From Amoebidium appalachense (lineage: Eukaryota; Protista; Ichthyosporea), in contig CAVNZM010000005.1 in assembly GCA_963693365.1 (NCBI GenBank), positions 7,014,710 to 7,078,709 of the forward strand: DNA of 64,000 nt, given 5' to 3'. The stretch's first letter is position 1; each line of letters opens with the position of its first letter. Positions 58,446 through 64,000 of this stretch are shown here, piece by piece. The notes below the pieces were generated by a model. It did no database searches. It worked only from the letters and a program-made list of their open reading frames with translations, and was not told the origin of the DNA. The position numbers and the translations under genes were made by a program.

Positions 58446-58845
58446 CGGGGGGAGGACTCGGAGGGGGAGGGTGGGAGGGAGGGGGAAGCGTCATAGCAGG
58501 TGCACCATCATAAAGTATAACTATATTATGTAGCTGTCATGATCAGCGCTAGCACACAGATTACACACATGTGTACAAAGTGCACGGCCGGCCTCGGGTA
58601 GGAGAAGTGGTCATCTGTTGTATCCCATCCGTATTTATAAAAATATTGAGAAGAAAGACGCGATAATACCAGTTCATTGTATAAATATATATATATTGGC
58701 CGTAAGGGTAGTATAGTGCATAGATATGTACATGAAAGGTGACAGCACGTGCATGTGGCCCCACATTCGCGCCTGCGCATGCCTGCGCCACGGGATGCAC
58801 GCCCCGCGCCAAGAATGTAGCTGATAAACATCGAAGCGGGATTGA

Positions 58846-59318
58846 TTGGATAAATAGTTTGGCATTCAGATCATTCCATTGGTTTATCATTCTCACATGC
58901 CAGAATTTTATCGGCACTATTGCATTCCATTTACAGCGATACGATTGGTTAAAAGATATGCGACTCGTCGCTGAAGTGAGCGACATAAAATTGGCTATAA
59001 AGACGCTTTCAGCCGCAAGAGCCGTCAGTATTTCTTTCTCTCTGTTTCTAAACGTTAGAAAATGTGAAAAAGCGCTATTTATTTCTCTTACGCTGCGCTT
59101 CACTGTGCTATTAGAGCAGAACTACAAAGCCCTATACCGCGCGTCGTACAGCCGTGTAACCAGGTAACCTGGATAATATTTGATTGCTCCGAAGGCAAAG
59201 AAAGGCCAGTGGCTAAATATCATTTATTTACTTTGCTTTTCCTGCTGGTGCAGCAACTATTGGTTAAACATTCTGGCAAATGCGACTTGATTGGCTATAC
59301 TTAAACAAAGATGATTGG
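58846..59318. promoter_or_regulatory. Array of 7 co-oriented ATTGG (reverse CCAAT) boxes; putative NF-Y-type promoter upstream of the KDZ-like gene
   Basis: ATTGG at 58846, 58878, 58944, 58990, 59259, 59290 and 59314, in an otherwise repeat-free AT-rich stretch. Confidence 0.5.
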
Positions 59319-59715
59319 TTTATAATCATGATCTTATATGCCACATTTTTACGTCTGCATATGGTGTGGTCAGCCCTCTTCAAAGGATTTTTCTTTCGAA
59401 GTCAATACATTACCATATATGGGAAAACACGGAATGTGATCCCTCAAAGAAAAATGTGCATTCGGAAAAAAAATCGCCTAAAATAGAAAACAGAGATCGA
59501 AATACAAGAGAAAAAAAAGGAGGAAGGATCAAAGTATTTTTGCAGCTGATATACCACCTTACAATCCCACGCATGCATGGGCAGCATGGCACCGTCACGC
59601 AGTACCACGCACGATCACCCAAAACCTGCAAACTATAAGAGCATATAAATCGGCTGGAAAACAAATTTTTCATGTCATACCAGTCACGTGTGTATTTAGC
59701 ACTCTAAGATAGGCT

Positions 59716-60754
59716 ATGGACTTGCCAGACACAAACATTTTCTGGGAGGTGCGCTTTCGAAATGATATATAGTGCATTTCTATGCTTGTAAATAAACATT
59801 TTACCAAGACTTGAAAACCGAAACTTTTTGACATACACACGTACTGTGACCGTGACAGGACCTGTACATGAGGAATGCACGCGCACTCAGCGAGGCAATA
59901 TTTGTGTGGAATGAAGAGGATTACGGACATGTGAAGGTGCCCCCCCCCCTCCCCCCCCCCCCCCAAAATAAAAAATAAAAAATAAAAATAAAAAAAACGG
60001 CAACAACAACATGCGTGACTGACGCGCACACACACATACACTCGTTAGCACACACTCACCATTCCACCCACAACCATGCACACCTTCGACAAAACTTCTG
60101 AGGGAAGAGAGAGAGCCTGAGCCTCAGAGAGAGGGGGGGGAAGGGGGGGGGGGGGGGGGGGGGGGGGGAGGGGGGGGGGAGGGGGGAGGAGAGTGGGGGT
60201 TATTCATATGCCTAGAGAGAAATAATGTAGGGTTGTGGGGGGAAATAGCCACATGCATTTTTTACTTGTGTTGGGGGAGAAGATGGGGGGGGTGGAGGGG
60301 AGGGGTCCTACAATAACGGCAGGTATCAAAGTCTACCAAACCCAAATTGCAGTGTGCGTAGTAAATTAATATTGGCATCCTGCCTCACAGGGGGTGCTGG
60401 AGCAGAAGGGCATCGACATTGAAACCGAGCTCAAGGGCGGCGACCTGAGCTACTTCATGGAGCGCATCCGGCGGGTTATTCCCGACCCATACACGCTGGT
60501 CTCGCGGCTGGTGGAGTTCAAAAACACCTACAAGGATGTGCCGCCCGGACCGGATGGCAAGCCTCTGTTCAAGAAGGATGGCTTTGAAAGACTCGAGGCA
60601 ACATCCCCCCCCCCCCCCCCTCCCCCTGCAGGCGCCCAACAACTCCACCACCACAGAAAAGATTCTTCGCTTATTTGTCATCCTTGGTTCATCTGCACAC
60701 ACACGCACACCCTAGCCTCCCCCCCCCCCCCCCCCCCTCCCCCCCCCCAAACAT

Positions 60755-60828
<74 letters not shown>

Positions 60829-60900
60829 CCCGCACGGCCCTTGCTGCCTAGCCAGTTGTTTTTTGCCTTTCCCTGCTCGTTTTTTTCCTTAGCAACCCCA

Positions 60901-60936
<36 letters not shown>

Positions 60937-62619
60937 ACCCACACACACACACACACATACACACACACTACCACCACCACCACCCACCCATCTCTCTGAT
61001 GTTTGCTTGTGCCCCCACAGTCGCTGCTCGAACACGCCCAAAATGGCTGTCTGTCGGACCCCCCCGGCCTGCCCCTCTACTACGAGACCACTGCCGACGC
61101 AGATGGGCTCATGCGCTACCGCTGCATCCGGGGCACCAACGAGGTGGAGGGGGCAGTGCACAACCCCCTGGCCACCCACTTTGGGGCCACACGCATGTCG
61201 CTGCGCCTGCTGGACGCCACCATGTCCAATAGGCGCCACCGCCACAACCTGCGTGCACACTACCGCAACCGCCTGGGCCAGGCATCGGGGCCCCCCCACT
61301 ACAGCCCCTGGATTGTTGACGACATGGAGGCACTGGCGCTGATGCTGTACGGCCATCACCTCGACCCCCAGTGGGTACCCGTAGGCTGCTACAAGCTACC
61401 GGAGGAGTACTTCAACTTTGCCCCGCTCTCCTGTGTGGCCAATGCCCCGGCGCAGGAGCCAGTTGCGGTGCCCGCACCCCCACCTCCGTCTGATAACATC
61501 GAGCCTGCAGCCAATGGCGTGATGGGCGGGCCAGAGGACTGTGAGGTCGAGGAGGGTGACGGTGCTGCCATGGGGGGGGGCAACCAGGTGGCGCGTGGTG
61601 CACCACAGCCGGACCCTGCACTGAGGGGCGACTACAAGTTCCTGGCGCAGAAGCAACATGTGGCCATCCCCTTCCTTCCGGTGCTTACCCCTCAGGAGCG
61701 CAAGCTATTCAGCACGCTGCTCCTGGGCACCTACAAGGCACATGCAAAGCCCAACGGCCAGCTGTTCGAGGCTTTGGCCCAAGACTTCAACAAGGCTGCC
61801 TCTGTGGCTGGGGGAATCTACATGAAGGATGCGGCCTACATCAAGAAGCATTTCGACAAGTGGAAGACCTGGCAGACGGCACATGCACAGCGCTCCACAC
61901 ACGAGGGCCTGGCAGATCACCGCAAGCGTATGCGCGAGGAGAGGGCAGACGCTGTGCCAGCAACCATACGGCCTGCCCCCTTGCCACCCCTCCCTGTTCC
62001 AGACGGTGTCGATGCAGGGGCGCAGCGTGAGCGGCCCTTGCCCATGCTAGTGGGCAAAAAGCATCGCAACATTGGCCCTGAGGGGCCCCTGCAGATGGAT
62101 TTGCCGGTGCCCCCTCCTATGCAGCCACCCCAGAGAGCCCCCAAGACCTGCAAGACGTGTGGCCGCCAGGGCAAGGGCTGCCCCGGCTCCAATCGGGCCA
62201 AGAGCTGCCCACGTTGGGTTGCAGCCAATCAGGATGCCATGCCACCAGCACCCGCGCTTGACATGCAGCAGGGCCATGTGCCGCACATGCCCCCTGCACC
62301 CCATCCAGGCCCGCACCACCCACATGGCTGGCCCCCACCGTGGGGCATCATGCCGCCTCAGCCCGGCCCTGCCTTCCCCATGCCTGGGCTACTGCCGCAG
62401 CACGGTCCCCATCCTTACTTGGGCCATGTGGGCCAGCCCTCGGCTGGTGGGCAGTTCCCACCCCCTTCTCGTGCATCTGCTGTGCTGGGCCTGGCGTTGC
62501 CACCTGCTGGAGAGACGCAGCTGCAATGGCACGATCGAAAGCAAAGTAATCGTGGCCGCAAGTCTGCAGGCAGCCAATCAGGATCTCAGAGTAGTCAGAG
62601 TAGCCAAACTAGTGTCTAA
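59716..62619 (+). mobile_element. Dileera/Zisupton-like (KDZ superfamily) transposase-derived gene, apparently only the C-terminal half (~610 aa)
   Basis: Exons 60391-60597 and 61021-62619, joined through GC donor GAG|GCAACA to give FERLE|SLLEHAQNGCLSDPPG. Tentative first exon 59716-59748 (MDLPDTNIFWE|GTGCGC). Motifs RIRRVIP.P, G.PLF, GCLSDPPGLPLYY...GL.RYRCIRGTNEVEGAVH, YKFLA..Q....PFLPV.T..E.KLF, IYMK....IKKHF.KW and knuckle CKTC...CPG...C match my recollection of fungal Dileera and fish Zisupton transposases. No DxxH-type N-terminal part was found. Confidence 0.75.
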
Positions 62620-63035
62620 TATTGGAATGTACACCAATGTAACGGATCTCATATGTGTTGTAGTGCTTCAAGTTATACCTGTTCTTCGTACAGTCATGTT
62701 AGGGGGAGGGGGGGGGGGGGGGGGGGGGGGGGCTAGCTTTCATTCCGAAGTTTACTGTAAAGAATTAAAATTTAGAATCTGAGTAATAGTACAGAGCCTT
62801 TGCACTTTTCTCTGTTTGTTAGGAATTCTTTGTGATCGAGAGTATGGTGTGTTAGACTATTGGTGTTAATGTGTCCTGGAAGGTGTATAATGTCTGCTGG
62901 CCGTAGTCAGTATCTATTTTTAGGTATATAGTATATTTTTAAATGTTGGCCGCTGGCCAATAAATAGCAAATAATAAACACACGATAAAGTCAACAGCGT
63001 GCCAAAAAACTAATCCCCAGCGAGCGCACCCAGTG

Positions 63036-63120
<85 letters not shown>

Positions 63121-64000
63121 CGCGCGCGTGCGTGCGTGTGTGTGTGTGTGTGCGTGCGTGCGTGCGTGTGTGCGTGTGTGCGTGTGTGCGTGTGTGCGTG
63201 TGTGTGTGTGAGTGTGTGTGTGTGTGTGTGTATGTGTGGTGTGGTGTGTGCGCGGCTTGTACATATGTACGTGTTCATGTGCACCTGTGTCGGACCTACG
63301 AAGTACATGAAAGTAAATTTTGACAGCATCGATCTGCCGGTGTGTATGTGTATGTGTGCCAGTGCAGCAGGTGTGCCTTGTAACTGATAGCTTCGCATTT
63401 TACGTGTGTGTATATATAGTAGTACGCATAGACACTTGCTGATCATTCGGATCGACATTAATATTTAATCTGTCGGTCCTCGGTTTTTTGAGTGAATGAT
63501 GATCAAGTGTAAGAGCATTCACTTGGCAAGTATTAATGTTGCAGAGGCTAGCTGCAGCTGCAAGCGTCGGATGCACACTGACAATTGTCTTTTCAGCGAG
63601 TCTAACCTGCAGGCAGCAGCTGCACACATATAGGGTTGTTATCTTGCGGCACATGCACGGTGATCATTTCAGAGTAATAGAGTTCAGAGCAATGAAAATA
63701 ATGAAAATAACTAAACTTTGTGACTACTTTAAAGTTGCTGAGATCATACGTGGTGCAAGCTGCACTATGAACACATGTATAGTGCTAGTAATTAATACAT
63801 TTTTGTTGCCTTCTGCAGGGTTATCGTAGCTACGTCACGGCCTGCACTCAGGGGGGGGAGGGGGGGGGAGGAGGGGGGATGATTCGAAGGGGGTATAAAT
63901 AAGAACATGCACCTAAAGGTCTTTCCCGTGGATCCTCCCCCCCCTCCCCCCCCCCCACCTCTCCCTCCCCCGGGGCCCCATACCATGATATCTAGGCCCA

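Noticed and set aside
61389-62577. Several overlapping antisense and alternative-frame ORFs
   Set aside because: They are shadow ORFs of the GC-rich KDZ-like coding exon.

Overview
Eukaryotic genomic DNA in the standard genetic code. It is intron-dense, and the introns and intergenic DNA are filled with poly-G/poly-C, (CA/TG)n, (GA)n and (GGT)n tracts, so most ORFs in the track are microsatellite artefacts. The gene content and style suggest an intron-rich opisthokont protist (inference only). By joining exons by hand with consistent splice phases I reconstruct: (1) a 6-exon secreted GH16 beta-1,3-glucanase with an N-terminal Cys-rich module (minus, 2332-6930); (2) a spliced gene of about 830 aa (plus, ~8561-13773) with a degenerate KDZ/Zisupton-type transposase motif, an intact OTU cysteine-protease domain, a CXC-like Cys cluster, a SANT/Myb-like region and a C4 zinc finger; (3) a complete 29-exon SEC24A/B-type COPII gene (minus, 16263-39588); (4) two 99-nt ankyrin-repeat exons of an unresolved gene (plus, ~52.2-53.3 kb); (5) an apparently N-terminally truncated Dileera/Zisupton-like (KDZ) transposase gene behind a CCAAT-box array (plus, ~59716-62619). 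Non-coding observations include introns whose two halves carry complementary repeats, (CA)n-AG acceptors with no polypyrimidine tract, three GC-AG introns, a repeat family seen only in SEC24 introns that carries box C/D-like motifs, duplicated 36-nt micro-exons and a mirror-ordered 1.8-kb G-rich repeat. Family assignments come from motif recognition only; no database search was run.
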